This document shows, piece by piece, positions 31,410 through 41,491 of a stretch of 64,000 bases of DNA. Source of the DNA: Candidatus Colivicinus equi. GTDB lineage: Bacteria > Bacillota_I > Bacilli_A > Erysipelotrichales > Erysipelotrichaceae. The position numbers and the translations under genes are program-made. Under the pieces are notes generated by a model, which had not been told where the DNA came from, searched no databases, and saw nothing but the letters and a program-made list of their open reading frames with translations. Location: contig JAGHUL010000041.1 of the NCBI GenBank assembly GCA_018064825.1, positions 465-64,464 of the forward strand, written 5' to 3'. Position 1 is the first letter of the stretch; the number at the start of each line of letters is the position of its first letter.

Positions 31410-31611
31410 AAATACCTCTCCAAATTGTGTGTTTTGTTCTTCTTACACTTCCATTATTACATAGATATTATGAATATAATCCTTGTTTTAACAAGTTAAT
31501 TTTTTCACAGATTAAAATATGCAAAAAAGTGATGATTTATTGCTAAAAATAGGCCAAAAATGAACATTATTTATCTTTTTTTTATATCAAAATAAGATAA
31601 AATGATTATGT

Positions 31612-34086
31612 ATGATTGAAAATTTTATGTCCTTAGCAGTCATCTCTGTGATACCAATAAACGTCAGTATTTTATTGCATTTTTTATTTCATACACCAGT
31701 CGGAGAAAAGCTAAGTTATAAAGCAAAGCAAATAATAGCCGGAATCATCTTTGGTGCTTTAGCAATTTTGGGTACAGAAAAAGGTGTTTTAGTAAACGAT
31801 GCAGTCTTGAATGCAAGAGATGCTGCACCTCTTTGTGCCGGATTAATCTTTGGCGGCCCAGCTGGAATTATTGCCGGTGTTATTGGTGGCGTTGAAAGAT
31901 GGCTATCCGCTTATTGGGGCGTTGATACATACACTAGATTGGCATGTTCAATTTCAACATGTTTAGTTGGCTTATATAGTGCTCTTTTAAAGAAATATGT
32001 TTTTGATGACAAAATTCCTTCTTGGAGTTACTCTTTCGCCATTGGTGCATCTGCTGAAGTAATGCATATGTTGAATGTATTCTTTACTCATTTAGACGAT
32101 GTAAAGCATGCTTTCGCAGTAATTCAAAAAGTTGCTATTCCAATGATTGTTGTAAATGCAATGAGTGTCGCTTTAGCAGTTTTGGCAATCAACATTCTAG
32201 ATAAAGAAAACTTGTATGATCGTCATAAGGGTGAAACAACTACTTTATCTATTCAATTCCAAAAAAGAATGTTCACTCTAGTTTTAGCATCATTTATTTT
32301 AACGTTATCTTTTACCATCCTATTACAAAAGAATATTTCTGAAACAGATACACAAGAATTATTAAGTTTAAATATTCGTGATGTCATAAATGATATCGAA
32401 CAAGCTTCAAGCAAAAATTTATTAAAAATAACTAGATTAATATCAACTCGTATAAATGACACCGATAAAATTGATAACTCTTTATTAGACACAATTTCGA
32501 ACGAATTTGATGTTGCTGAAATTAATATTGTCGATTCAAACGGTTACGTTGTTTATTCAACGGACAGAAGCTATGTTGGCTATGATATGCGTTCTAACCA
32601 CTACTACGATGAATTCAGTGGTTTAGATGATGGAACATATTCAGAGATAGTTTTGCCATATCGTGAATCTTCAGAATATCAAAATGTTTCTAGAAAATAT
32701 GCTTGCAAAACATTGATAAAAGGTGGATATGTTCAAGTTGGTTATGATAGAAAACAATTTATGGATGATATCTATAATGAGATTAGTTCAATCGCAACAA
32801 ATCGTCATATCGGTGAAACGGGCGGCGTATGTATCACAGATTTAGAAGAAAATATTATCTCTGATTCTCTAGGCAGAACAGGTCAAAAGTTTGATGTCGA
32901 TCCTGATATTTTCTTTTCACTAGACTACAAGCCTTACGAAACATATAAATTCAGTTATAATGGTATAAATCTTTACTATATGTACAGTAATGCCGAAAGT
33001 TACGTTGTATATGCTTACCTTCCTGTTGATGAGGCCGATTTCAGTAAACAACTATCTATTTACTTAAATGCCTTTATGGAAACAACGGTCTTTGCGGCAC
33101 TGTTCATCTTCGTATATTTCTTAGTTAAGATTTTATTCGTTCAACATGTTCATGAAATAAATGATTCTCTAGATAAGATTACAAATGGTGATTTAGATGT
33201 AATAGTTGATTCGAATTCTACAAAAGAATTTGCGGAATTATCTTCTGGTATTAATTCTACAGTTGCTACATTGAAGAATTATATTGAAGAAGCAAATTCT
33301 CGAATTGATGCAGAATTAAATTACGCTAAAGAAATACAAAAATCAGCATTACCATCAATCTTCCCTCCATTCCCTAATATTAATGAGTTTGAAATTTATG
33401 CAACAATGGATGCTGCTAAACAAGTTGGTGGTGACTTCTACGATTTCTATCTATTAAGAAGAAATGTATTAGCGTTTGTCGTAGCCGATGTATCAGGCAA
33501 AGGCATACCAGGCGCATTGTTTATGATGAGAGCTAAAACTCTATTAAAGACATATGCTGAAGGCGGTGTTGCTGTTGCAGATATCTTCACAAATGCCAAC
33601 TACAGCTTATGTGAAGGAAATGATGCCGGTATGTTTGTTACGGCTTGGATGGGAACATTAAACACACAAACTGGTGTTATTAAATTTGCTAACGCTGGAC
33701 ATAACCCACCACTAATAAGAAGAAAAGGTGGAAATTACGAGTACTTAAAATCAAAATCTGGTTTTGTACTTGCAGGACTTGATAATATAACTTACACCGA
33801 ACAAACAACTACTATTGAACCAGGAGATGAAATCTTCTTGTACACAGATGGAGTTACTGAAGCAACAAATAGTGAATCAGAATTATTCGGTGAAGAAAGA
33901 TTGCTTAATTCTATAAACACTCACAAAGGCAAATCTTGTGATGAAATTTGTAGATGTGTTAAAAAAGATGTCGACTCATTTGTCGGCGATGCTCCACAAT
34001 TCGATGACATTACGATGTTGTCAATAAAATTTATTAGTTCTTATATACCTAAGGATTCAAGTGATCCTAATAGTTCTTCTAACTGA
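31612..34086 (+). CDS. Membrane sensor phosphatase: 5TMR-LYT domain, extracytoplasmic sensor domain, HAMP, then PP2C/SpoIIE phosphatase
   Basis: N-terminal NARDAAPLCAGLIFGGPAGIIAGVIGGVERW (5TM LytS-type). There is a second TM around residue 490 followed by a HAMP-like segment. The C-terminal GGDFYDFY...VADVSGKGIPGALFM...DDITMLSI motifs are SpoIIE-family. Confidence 0.8.
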   Translation: MIENFMSLAVISVIPINVSILLHFLFHTPVGEKLSYKAKQIIAGIIFGALAILGTEKGVLVNDAVLNARDAAPLCAGLIFGGPAGIIAGVIGGVERWLSAYWGVDTYTRLACSISTCLVGLYSALLKKYVFDDKIPSWSYSFAIGASAEVMHMLNVFFTHLDDVKHAFAVIQKVAIPMIVVNAMSVALAVLAINILDKENLYDRHKGETTTLSIQFQKRMFTLVLASFILTLSFTILLQKNISETDTQELLSLNIRDVINDIEQASSKNLLKITRLISTRINDTDKIDNSLLDTISNEFDVAEINIVDSNGYVVYSTDRSYVGYDMRSNHYYDEFSGLDDGTYSEIVLPYRESSEYQNVSRKYACKTLIKGGYVQVGYDRKQFMDDIYNEISSIATNRHIGETGGVCITDLEENIISDSLGRTGQKFDVDPDIFFSLDYKPYETYKFSYNGINLYYMYSNAESYVVYAYLPVDEADFSKQLSIYLNAFMETTVFAALFIFVYFLVKILFVQHVHEINDSLDKITNGDLDVIVDSNSTKEFAELSSGINSTVATLKNYIEEANSRIDAELNYAKEIQKSALPSIFPPFPNINEFEIYATMDAAKQVGGDFYDFYLLRRNVLAFVVADVSGKGIPGALFMMRAKTLLKTYAEGGVAVADIFTNANYSLCEGNDAGMFVTAWMGTLNTQTGVIKFANAGHNPPLIRRKGGNYEYLKSKSGFVLAGLDNITYTEQTTTIEPGDEIFLYTDGVTEATNSESELFGEERLLNSINTHKGKSCDEICRCVKKDVDSFVGDAPQFDDITMLSIKFISSYIPKDSSDPNSSSN

Positions 34087-34748
34087 TTAACGTCTAATTG
34101 CACGTAGCCACCTTCATTGTTCTTCTTAGAAGTCATGTGAACTTGCATTGCATTAGACGTTTTTATTACGTCTAAAATGTTATTAGTTCTTACGCCACCA
34201 CCTGGCAATAATTGAATCTGTCCTTTATATTTATTGACTAAATCATTTATTCTCTTACATCCTTCTAAAATATCAGGATATACTGCTTTGCCAGAAGTTA
34301 GTATTCTATCAACTTTTAAATCAATTAAATCTTTGCATCCCTTATCTATGTCTGCTAATTCATCAAATGCTTTATGAAATACTGCTTCTTTACCATAAGA
34401 ATGAATTAACTCAACCATAGTTCTAGTTCTATCTATATCAATATATCCGTCTTTGATGAAACCGAAAACAATTCCGTCGGCTCCATTTTCTAACATTAAC
34501 TTGGCATCTTTTAACATTATTTGATATTCCAAATCTGTATAGACGAAATCGCCACCTCTTAATCTATCCATACAACATATTGGTGTATCAATATGAGCTT
34601 TTAGATACTTAAGCACTTCTAAAGAAGGAGTTATTCCGCCTAGTTCTAAAGAACTATTAAGTTCTATTCGATCAATAGGATACTTACTAGCTATAACTGC
34701 ATCATCAACATTGCCAACACAAATTTCTATTTTAATATTGTTTATCAT
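34041..34748 (-). CDS. cutC: Copper homeostasis protein CutC family
   Basis: KIEICVGNVDDA...RIELNSSLELGGITPS is typical of CutC. Length is 235 aa. Confidence 0.85.
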   Translation of the reverse strand: MINNIKIEICVGNVDDAVIASKYPIDRIELNSSLELGGITPSLEVLKYLKAHIDTPICCMDRLRGGDFVYTDLEYQIMLKDAKLMLENGADGIVFGFIKDGYIDIDRTRTMVELIHSYGKEAVFHKAFDELADIDKGCKDLIDLKVDRILTSGKAVYPDILEGCKRINDLVNKYKGQIQLLPGGGVRTNNILDVIKTSNAMQVHMTSKKNNEGGYVQLDVNQLEELLGSLESLGI

Positions 34749-34829
34749 GGTTTCGCTCCTTTAGATTACTAAGAAAAATATACTATAATTATTGTATGAT
34801 TTACAATAAATCACGAAAGCTGGTTAATT

Positions 34830-35996
34830 ATGAAATTTATTAAGAAAAATCACGACAATACAAAATATATAGACGGCGTTTTTGCGGTATCAAACGCTGT
34901 AAAAGCAGACAACAGTCCAGATAAAATAAATGCATCTGCAGGTTGTCTTTTAGATGACAATGGCGCTATCATCACATATAAAACTGTATATGAAAGTGAA
35001 GCAAAAATTGAAAACAATAAACGTGCAAGTTATTGTGAAGGGCCTCAAGGTAACAAACTATATAATGAGGCGATTGAAAAATTTGTATTAGAAGGAAAAG
35101 TTAAAGGCAAAGCTATTGCGACATTTGGTGGTACTGGGGCTATTTCGTTAGCTATGAATATGTGCCTACAAGAAGGCGATACTGTAATGTATCCAGAAAC
35201 ATCTTGGGTGAATTATTCCTTAATGGCTAAAGAACTAAATTTAAATTCAGTTACTTATGATATCTATGATATAGATGGACTACTTTCTAAATTTGAGGAA
35301 CAAGAAAGAATCTTTGTTATCATCAACAGTCCATGTGAAAACCCTACAGGCCATTCATATTCATACTATGATTGGCAAAGGATTATAGATAAATTGAATT
35401 CATTAAATAAAGAAACAATCATATTAAATGATATAGCTTATATAGATTATGCGTATGATGAGGATAAGAAAAAATACTTTGAACTATTTAATAACATCAA
35501 TGAAAATATCCTAGTCTTAATGGCATACTCATGTAGCAAAACATTCTCTTATTACGGCCAAAGATTAGGTGCTTTATTATGCATCAATAACGATGAAGAA
35601 TTCGTTGAAACATTTATGAATCAATGCGCAAAACATTGTCGTTGTATTTGGTCGAATGTTAACAATTCCGCAATGATCAACATCGCCGATGTAATAAACA
35701 ATCATTTAGATGAGTTCAATGCTGAACTTAAGAAAAATATAGAACTAGTTAAAGAAAGAGCGGATGTTTTCATTAAAGAATGTAGCGAATGTTATCTACA
35801 TATATATCCATATAGAGAAGGATTCTTTATTACCATAAAAATTGATGATAATGATTATCGTGATAAAGTTCATAAACGTTTACTAGAAAATCACATATAT
35901 TGTGTCAAAGTAAACAAAGGAATTAGAGTCGGCATATGTGCCGCTTCAAAGCAAGCATTAAGTGGATTAGCTAGAAGAATGAAGGAATGTAAATAA
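34830..35996 (+). CDS. Class I aminotransferase (aspartate/aromatic type)
   Basis: SCSKTFSYYGQRLG (PLP-Lys motif S-x-SK-x-F-x-x-YG-x-R-x-G) and NSPCENPTG. Confidence 0.8.
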   Translation: MKFIKKNHDNTKYIDGVFAVSNAVKADNSPDKINASAGCLLDDNGAIITYKTVYESEAKIENNKRASYCEGPQGNKLYNEAIEKFVLEGKVKGKAIATFGGTGAISLAMNMCLQEGDTVMYPETSWVNYSLMAKELNLNSVTYDIYDIDGLLSKFEEQERIFVIINSPCENPTGHSYSYYDWQRIIDKLNSLNKETIILNDIAYIDYAYDEDKKKYFELFNNINENILVLMAYSCSKTFSYYGQRLGALLCINNDEEFVETFMNQCAKHCRCIWSNVNNSAMINIADVINNHLDEFNAELKKNIELVKERADVFIKECSECYLHIYPYREGFFITIKIDDNDYRDKVHKRLLENHIYCVKVNKGIRVGICAASKQALSGLARRMKECK

Positions 35997-36418
35997 TGGA
36001 AGAAGTAGTAGTACAAGAACCATCGCTATTTAAAGAATTGCTGAACTATATCGTAAAGATATTCGCAATTATCCATAAATACATAATGTCTTTGAATGAT
36101 AAATACGAAATGTTTTTATCTGATAAGATGTTACATTTTATTGTTATTGGTATTGTCGGTTTAGCTTTTTTGTTTATTGTTTATCCACTATTTAAATTAT
36201 TAATTGAAAACCACAAGTTAATGTTGGTGGCATGGATTTATGTCTTCACTATATTAATTGCCATCACTTTATTGATAGAAATAGGCCAAGATTTTTCTGG
36301 TACTGGTGACATGGACTTTGCAGATATCGTATCAGGTCTATTAGGCTTTATAGTGATGTCAGGAACAATAGTATTAGTTAGAAATCTATATCTAAGATTT
36401 AAAAACCATGATAGATAA
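35996..36418 (+). CDS. Hypothetical membrane protein
   Basis: 140 aa with about 4 hydrophobic segments. It abuts the flanking genes and has no recognisable motif. Confidence 0.4.
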   Translation: MEEVVVQEPSLFKELLNYIVKIFAIIHKYIMSLNDKYEMFLSDKMLHFIVIGIVGLAFLFIVYPLFKLLIENHKLMLVAWIYVFTILIAITLLIEIGQDFSGTGDMDFADIVSGLLGFIVMSGTIVLVRNLYLRFKNHDR

Positions 36419-37238
36419 ATGCTTTGCTAAAGTAAATTTAGCTCTTGATGTATTTAATATTCGTGAAGATGGATACCACGATTTAAAATCGGTAATGGTA
36501 CCCATTTCCTTTTTTGATGAATTAAGAATAAATATTGCTGAAGAAAACCAGTTCACATGCAACAAAGAATATATTACAAATAATGAATCAAATTCGATAT
36601 TCAAAATGATCAGGGAATTTGAAAAAGAAACCGGCATCATCAATAAGTATTCTATCAATCTAAATAAACACATTCCTACAAAAGCTGGTCTTGCCGGAGG
36701 AACATCGGATGCAGCAGGAACATTGAGATTACTTCAAAAACTAAATCATATTACTTTATCTACACAAACAATTAGAAAACTATGTGTAGCAGTAGGTGCT
36801 GATGTCTTTTTCAATTATTACAACAAACCTGCTATCGTATCAGGAATTGGCGATGAATTAGAATTCATTGATATCAAAGATGATTATTATATCCTCATCA
36901 TGAAGCCAAGAATGGGTGTCAGCACAAAACAAGCATACGAATTACTAGATATGAACATATGTGATCACCCTAATATTGATGCGCTTGTTGAAATGCTAAA
37001 AAATGGTGGCGAAATCTTGCCATATATGCAGAACTCATTAGAACAACCAGCGTTATTGTTAAACGAAGATATTAAAAAAGTTAAGGCCATTTTAAGAGAA
37101 AAAACTGGCAATTCCTTGATGTCTGGATCAGGAAGTACAGTCTTTACAATAAGTAAAAATAAGGAAATATTAGCAAATATTAATAACGAATATTTATATT
37201 CCGAATATTTCGTGAGATTGACGAAAATAATCAAATAA
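36408..37238 (+). CDS. ispE: 4-diphosphocytidyl-2-C-methyl-D-erythritol kinase
   Basis: AKVNLALDV and IPTKAGLAGGTSDAAG (GHMP kinase motif). Confidence 0.85.
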   Translation: MIDKCFAKVNLALDVFNIREDGYHDLKSVMVPISFFDELRINIAEENQFTCNKEYITNNESNSIFKMIREFEKETGIINKYSINLNKHIPTKAGLAGGTSDAAGTLRLLQKLNHITLSTQTIRKLCVAVGADVFFNYYNKPAIVSGIGDELEFIDIKDDYYILIMKPRMGVSTKQAYELLDMNICDHPNIDALVEMLKNGGEILPYMQNSLEQPALLLNEDIKKVKAILREKTGNSLMSGSGSTVFTISKNKEILANINNEYLYSEYFVRLTKIIK

Positions 37239-37274
37239 ATCACGATATAATAGTGTTGTGATGGGGGTAAAAAA

Positions 37275-38678
37275 ATGAATCTAGCGATAATTTTCATTAG
37301 TAATGAAGAACAAAAGTTACTTGCCAAAGCTCCATATAGAGGCTCTAACTTATTGTTATATCAAATCAATCAATTAAAGAAAGTTGATGTAGCAAAAATA
37401 TACGTAGTAGGTAATGACGCAGAAGTTCCAGGAGCTATCAAAAGAAATAGTGTAGATGAAATAATTTATGAAGTAACAGATTGTGATAAATGTATTCTTG
37501 CTTCACCATTCTATCCTGCAATAAATCATGACGATTATAATAGACTTCTACAAAAAGATGTTGCTGTATTAACTTATAAAGATACAGTATGTGATGTTTT
37601 TGTTTTGCCATTTGAACGCATTAAAGATTACAACAAATTGAATTATGAAGAAGTTGAAATCACAGGCAAAGAAGTAAGACGCTTCACTGAAGCAGATGCA
37701 CGCAAAAATAAAGAATCTTCATTAAAAGACGTTGTAGTATTACCACTTACTTCGTCTGTTGACCTAGTAAACGAGATTTGTAGTTATTTAAATATTCAAC
37801 CAGGAAAAGCTACAATCGCTCATTTCGCTGACGGTGAAACATTAGTCGAATTAGGCGAAACAGTCAGAGGAAAGAGAATATATGTTGTTCAATCAACATG
37901 CCGTCCTGTTAATGAGTCATTGATGGAACTATTAATCTGTCTAGATGCTTTAAGAAGATCATCTGCAGCTGAAATAACTTGTGTAATTCCATATTTCGGT
38001 TACGCAAGACAAGATAGAAAAGCATCACCAAGACAACCAATTACCGCTAAATTAGTTGCTGCTATGTTAGAACAAGCAGGCGCAAATAGAGTTGTAACTT
38101 TCGATCTACATGCTGCGCAAATCCAAGGATTCTTCCATTGCCCAGTTGATGATTTAACAACAGTGCCAATGATCGGCCATTATTTCATCAACAAAGGATT
38201 CGCAAACAGTAACACAGTAGTTGTATCTCCTGACCATGGCGGTGTTAAACGTGCTAGAAACTTAGCAGAAATGTTAGAAATTCCTCTAGCTATCATAGAT
38301 AAGAGAAGACCTAGAGCAAACGTTTGTGAAGCTGTCACTATCATTGGTGATGTAAAAGATAAGAACGCTATCATCGTTGACGATATTTGTGACACTGGCG
38401 GTTCATTAATTGCCGCTAGCCAAATCCTAAAGGAAAACGGTGCTAAGGATGTTTATGTTGCGATATCTCACGGCATATTCTCAAACAACGCTATTCAAAG
38501 AATCCAAGACTCTGGTATTAAAGAAGTTGTCGTCACAAATACAATCAAAGTTCAAGAAAGTGAAGACACAACAAAAGTTACTGTCTTATCAGTAGGTTGG
38601 ATGTTATCTAAATTAATCTTGGCCGTATCTGGACATACTCCAGTATCTGAAGTATACGCTTTATACGAAAGAAAATAA
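37275..38678 (+). CDS. prs: Ribose-phosphate pyrophosphokinase with ~150-aa N-terminal extension
   Basis: Residues from ~155 onward form a full Prs (FADGETLVELGETVRGKRIYVVQS, GYARQDRK, DLHAAQIQGFF, IVDDICDTGGS). The N-terminal 150 aa are an extra domain. Confidence 0.85.
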   Translation: MNLAIIFISNEEQKLLAKAPYRGSNLLLYQINQLKKVDVAKIYVVGNDAEVPGAIKRNSVDEIIYEVTDCDKCILASPFYPAINHDDYNRLLQKDVAVLTYKDTVCDVFVLPFERIKDYNKLNYEEVEITGKEVRRFTEADARKNKESSLKDVVVLPLTSSVDLVNEICSYLNIQPGKATIAHFADGETLVELGETVRGKRIYVVQSTCRPVNESLMELLICLDALRRSSAAEITCVIPYFGYARQDRKASPRQPITAKLVAAMLEQAGANRVVTFDLHAAQIQGFFHCPVDDLTTVPMIGHYFINKGFANSNTVVVSPDHGGVKRARNLAEMLEIPLAIIDKRRPRANVCEAVTIIGDVKDKNAIIVDDICDTGGSLIAASQILKENGAKDVYVAISHGIFSNNAIQRIQDSGIKEVVVTNTIKVQESEDTTKVTVLSVGWMLSKLILAVSGHTPVSEVYALYERK

Positions 38679-38879
38679 TTATTGTAAAAAATAAATTAAG
38701 TTTATTATCATAGTTCCCATTAGATAAGCTAATGAAAATGCAATGATAAAATATAGGGTCTGCGCTTGCGCAACCCTATTTTGTTTTAGAAAACGATTAT
38801 AATCTAAACTGCTCAAACCAAAAAGAGATAATAAAAAGCAGAAAAGATAAATGATGGCTTTAACGTAAAAATTAATCAT
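38679..38879 (-). CDS. Small two-TM membrane protein (YwzB/DUF1146-like)
   Basis: 66 aa with two hydrophobic helices. The family call rests on memory of YwzB-like proteins. Confidence 0.4.
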   Translation of the reverse strand: MINFYVKAIIYLFCFLLSLFGLSSLDYNRFLKQNRVAQAQTLYFIIAFSLAYLMGTMIINLIYFLQ

Positions 38880-40011
38880 ATAATAACTTGCCTCTTACCA
38901 AAACATTAATGACATTCAATTCTTCATCCATAATTACACAATCCGAAGATTTACCTTTAACTAAAGAACCAAAATGTTTATCTAAACCATAGAATTTAAA
39001 AGCATTCAAACTTGAATACAATAATAAATCTGTATATTTTACACCTAGTTCACGCATCACTTTCATCTCGTCATTAATTGAAACAACACTACCTGCATAA
39101 TGACCATCACTGCTGATAAACTTAGTGTCATTTTTTGTGCAATGTTTAGACATAAAGTCATATTCGCCATCAGGCAAATTTCTAGCAGTTGATGAATCTG
39201 AAACCAACATGATTTTATCTCTATCAATATTGTTTATTACAAGTTTTAAAACGTTGCGATCAACATGATTGCCATCAGCAATTAATTCGCACATCCATTT
39301 ATTCATGAAAGCACAATTAACTAGAGTAATATCGCGATGATGCAAACCTCTCATCGCATTAAACAAATGTGTAAAACCATCCACATTATCATCTAAGTTT
39401 TCTAAACAAGCATCAGAATGACCACACATTACTTTAACACCGTGTTCATGTAAAAGCACGCCAACTTCTTTATAGCCATCTATTTCACATGCGATGGTCA
39501 TTTGTTTTAAACATTTGCATTTATTTAAAATGTCTTCAACCATCTGTTTATTAGGCTTTAAAAACTTTTCGGGATCACCAATTCCTAAATGTTTTGTAGA
39601 TAAGAATGGCCCCTCCATATGAATACCTTCAAATCTAGACATTGGAGCATCATAATCATTCATCACTTTAAAACGTTCTTCATATTGTTCAACTGGGCAA
39701 TCATAAGATAAAGAAGCTAAAAACGAAGTTGTACCATCTTTTGCGAATTCTCTAGATATATCATCCATTCCCCTTGTATCAACTTCATCAAAAGACAATC
39801 CATTAATACCATGGGTATGAGTATCAAAGAAACCTGGCATAATTACTTTGCCTGTACAGTCTATTACTTTATAATCTAATAAATCAATATTTACTTTATT
39901 TGCGTTATAAAATACATCTTCGATTGTTTCGTTGTTGACAAGTAAAGCTCCGTCAATGTATTCTCTATTACCGTCAACAATTAAATGCGCATGATTTAAT
40001 AAATATTTCAT
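38872..40011 (-). CDS. nagA: N-acetylglucosamine-6-phosphate deacetylase
   Basis: PGFFDTHTHG, HMEGPFLS and HLFNAM motifs. Confidence 0.8.
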   Translation of the reverse strand: MKYLLNHAHLIVDGNREYIDGALLVNNETIEDVFYNANKVNIDLLDYKVIDCTGKVIMPGFFDTHTHGINGLSFDEVDTRGMDDISREFAKDGTTSFLASLSYDCPVEQYEERFKVMNDYDAPMSRFEGIHMEGPFLSTKHLGIGDPEKFLKPNKQMVEDILNKCKCLKQMTIACEIDGYKEVGVLLHEHGVKVMCGHSDACLENLDDNVDGFTHLFNAMRGLHHRDITLVNCAFMNKWMCELIADGNHVDRNVLKLVINNIDRDKIMLVSDSSTARNLPDGEYDFMSKHCTKNDTKFISSDGHYAGSVVSINDEMKVMRELGVKYTDLLLYSSLNAFKFYGLDKHFGSLVKGKSSDCVIMDEELNVINVLVRGKLLYD

Positions 40012-40610
40012 TCTAATACCCTTTTAATTTCTTGGATAGAAATTGGCCCTTCTCTTAATATCTTTACTTCTTCAGTTACATCAACAATTGTTGAAGAAGA
40101 ATCTCCTCTAGCATCCTCAGTAACAATTCCGTCAATCTTACCATTCATGCTTTCATATACATCTTCCCATTTCAATAAAGAACCTGTATTTGAAATATTA
40201 GCACTAGTGACCATAATAGGCATGCCAACACCATCTATTAGCTTTAATATCCATTCATCATCTGGAACTCTAATACCAATTGTCTTTAAACCTTGAGTAA
40301 TATAGTCGCCAATATATTCCTTCTTATTAAAAACTATAGTAATAGCACCAGGCATAAAGTTATCGATCAATTTCTTAGCATCGTCATTAATATAAGCAAC
40401 ATCAGAAATCATCTTCAAAGAATTGCACATCATTGGAAGCGGCTTTTTAAAATCTCTTCCCTTGGCAATATATACCTTTTTTATTGCTTCTATATCCATT
40501 ACACAAGCCAAGCCAAAGACTGTGTCTGTTGGAAAGGCAATGATGTCACCACTAGACAATCTATTAATAATCGTCTTGATATCATCTTTTGTATACTTGA
40601 TTGTTTCCAT
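40008..40610 (-). CDS. tsaC: L-threonylcarbamoyladenylate synthase (Sua5/YwlC/TsaC family)
   Basis: IIAFPTDTVFGLAC, GIRVP and TSAN motifs. Length is 200 aa. Confidence 0.85.
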   Translation of the reverse strand: METIKYTKDDIKTIINRLSSGDIIAFPTDTVFGLACVMDIEAIKKVYIAKGRDFKKPLPMMCNSLKMISDVAYINDDAKKLIDNFMPGAITIVFNKKEYIGDYITQGLKTIGIRVPDDEWILKLIDGVGMPIMVTSANISNTGSLLKWEDVYESMNGKIDGIVTEDARGDSSSTIVDVTEEVKILREGPISIQEIKRVLE

Positions 40611-40619
40611 ACTTAAATT

Positions 40620-41423
40620 CTACAACAATTCATTTATCTTCAAAAAATCAGAAAGTGTTAATTCTTGAGCTCTAACGTTTTTATCAAAATGCAAATCGGA
40701 ATATATTTTTTCAATCGTTTCTTTATCCAAGAATTGTATAAAGTTGTTGTGTAAAGTTTTGCGGCGCATTGCAAAACTATTCTTGATCAAACCGAACAGC
40801 TTCTTTTCAAACTCAGCATCTCTCTCAACTTTTGGTGTAAAAGAAATAACGGCACTATCTACTTTAGGCGCAGGATAAAATACATTCTTAGGAATAGACA
40901 TCTCATATTTAACATCATATAAATATTGAACGATGATACTTAATGCACTGTAATCTTCACTATTCACTTTAGCATTGAATCTATCAGCAACTTCTCTTTG
41001 CACCATAACAGTAATCTTTGTAATATTTAAACTTGATTCAAATAGCTTAAATAAGATTGGTGTAGTTACATAATATGGCAAATTTGAACAAACTCTTAAT
41101 TCTTGATCAACATATTTATTTAAGTCAGTATCTAAAAAATCTTCTAAATAAGCACTAAGTCTTTCATCAGTTATTGAATCTAGTAAGATATTGTACATAT
41201 CTTTATCAATCTCATAAGCATCAACTGCTTTAGAGTATTTTAATAACATTTCAGTAAGTGCGCCTAAACCTGGACCAATCTCAATTGTTAAACAATTGCT
41301 ATCACAGGCAATTTTTGCGATTTTATCAACAATATTTGAATCTATCAAAAAGTTCTGACCATATTTCTTCTTGGCCGATAAATCGCCCATAACCTTTTTT
41401 ACATGATTAATATTAGAAATCAT
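40620..41423 (-). CDS. rsmA: 16S rRNA (adenine1518/1519-N6)-dimethyltransferase
   Basis: KKYGQNFL, IEIGPGLGALT and SNLPYYVTTP motifs. Confidence 0.9.
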   Translation of the reverse strand: MISNINHVKKVMGDLSAKKKYGQNFLIDSNIVDKIAKIACDSNCLTIEIGPGLGALTEMLLKYSKAVDAYEIDKDMYNILLDSITDERLSAYLEDFLDTDLNKYVDQELRVCSNLPYYVTTPILFKLFESSLNITKITVMVQREVADRFNAKVNSEDYSALSIIVQYLYDVKYEMSIPKNVFYPAPKVDSAVISFTPKVERDAEFEKKLFGLIKNSFAMRRKTLHNNFIQFLDKETIEKIYSDLHFDKNVRAQELTLSDFLKINELL

Positions 41424-41456
41424 ACTTTCATTATATGCTAAATGATTGATAGTATG

Positions 41457-41485
41457 TTGAAACGTCCTAAATTAACTTGTAAAAT
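41457..41485 (+). promoter_or_regulatory. Candidate sigma-A promoter giving a leaderless mRNA for the 41492 ABC gene
   Basis: TTGAAA, a 17-nt spacer, then TAAAAT. Only 6 nt separate the -10 from the ATG at 41492, and there is no Shine-Dalgarno. Confidence 0.35.
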
Positions 41486-41491
41486 TTAATC

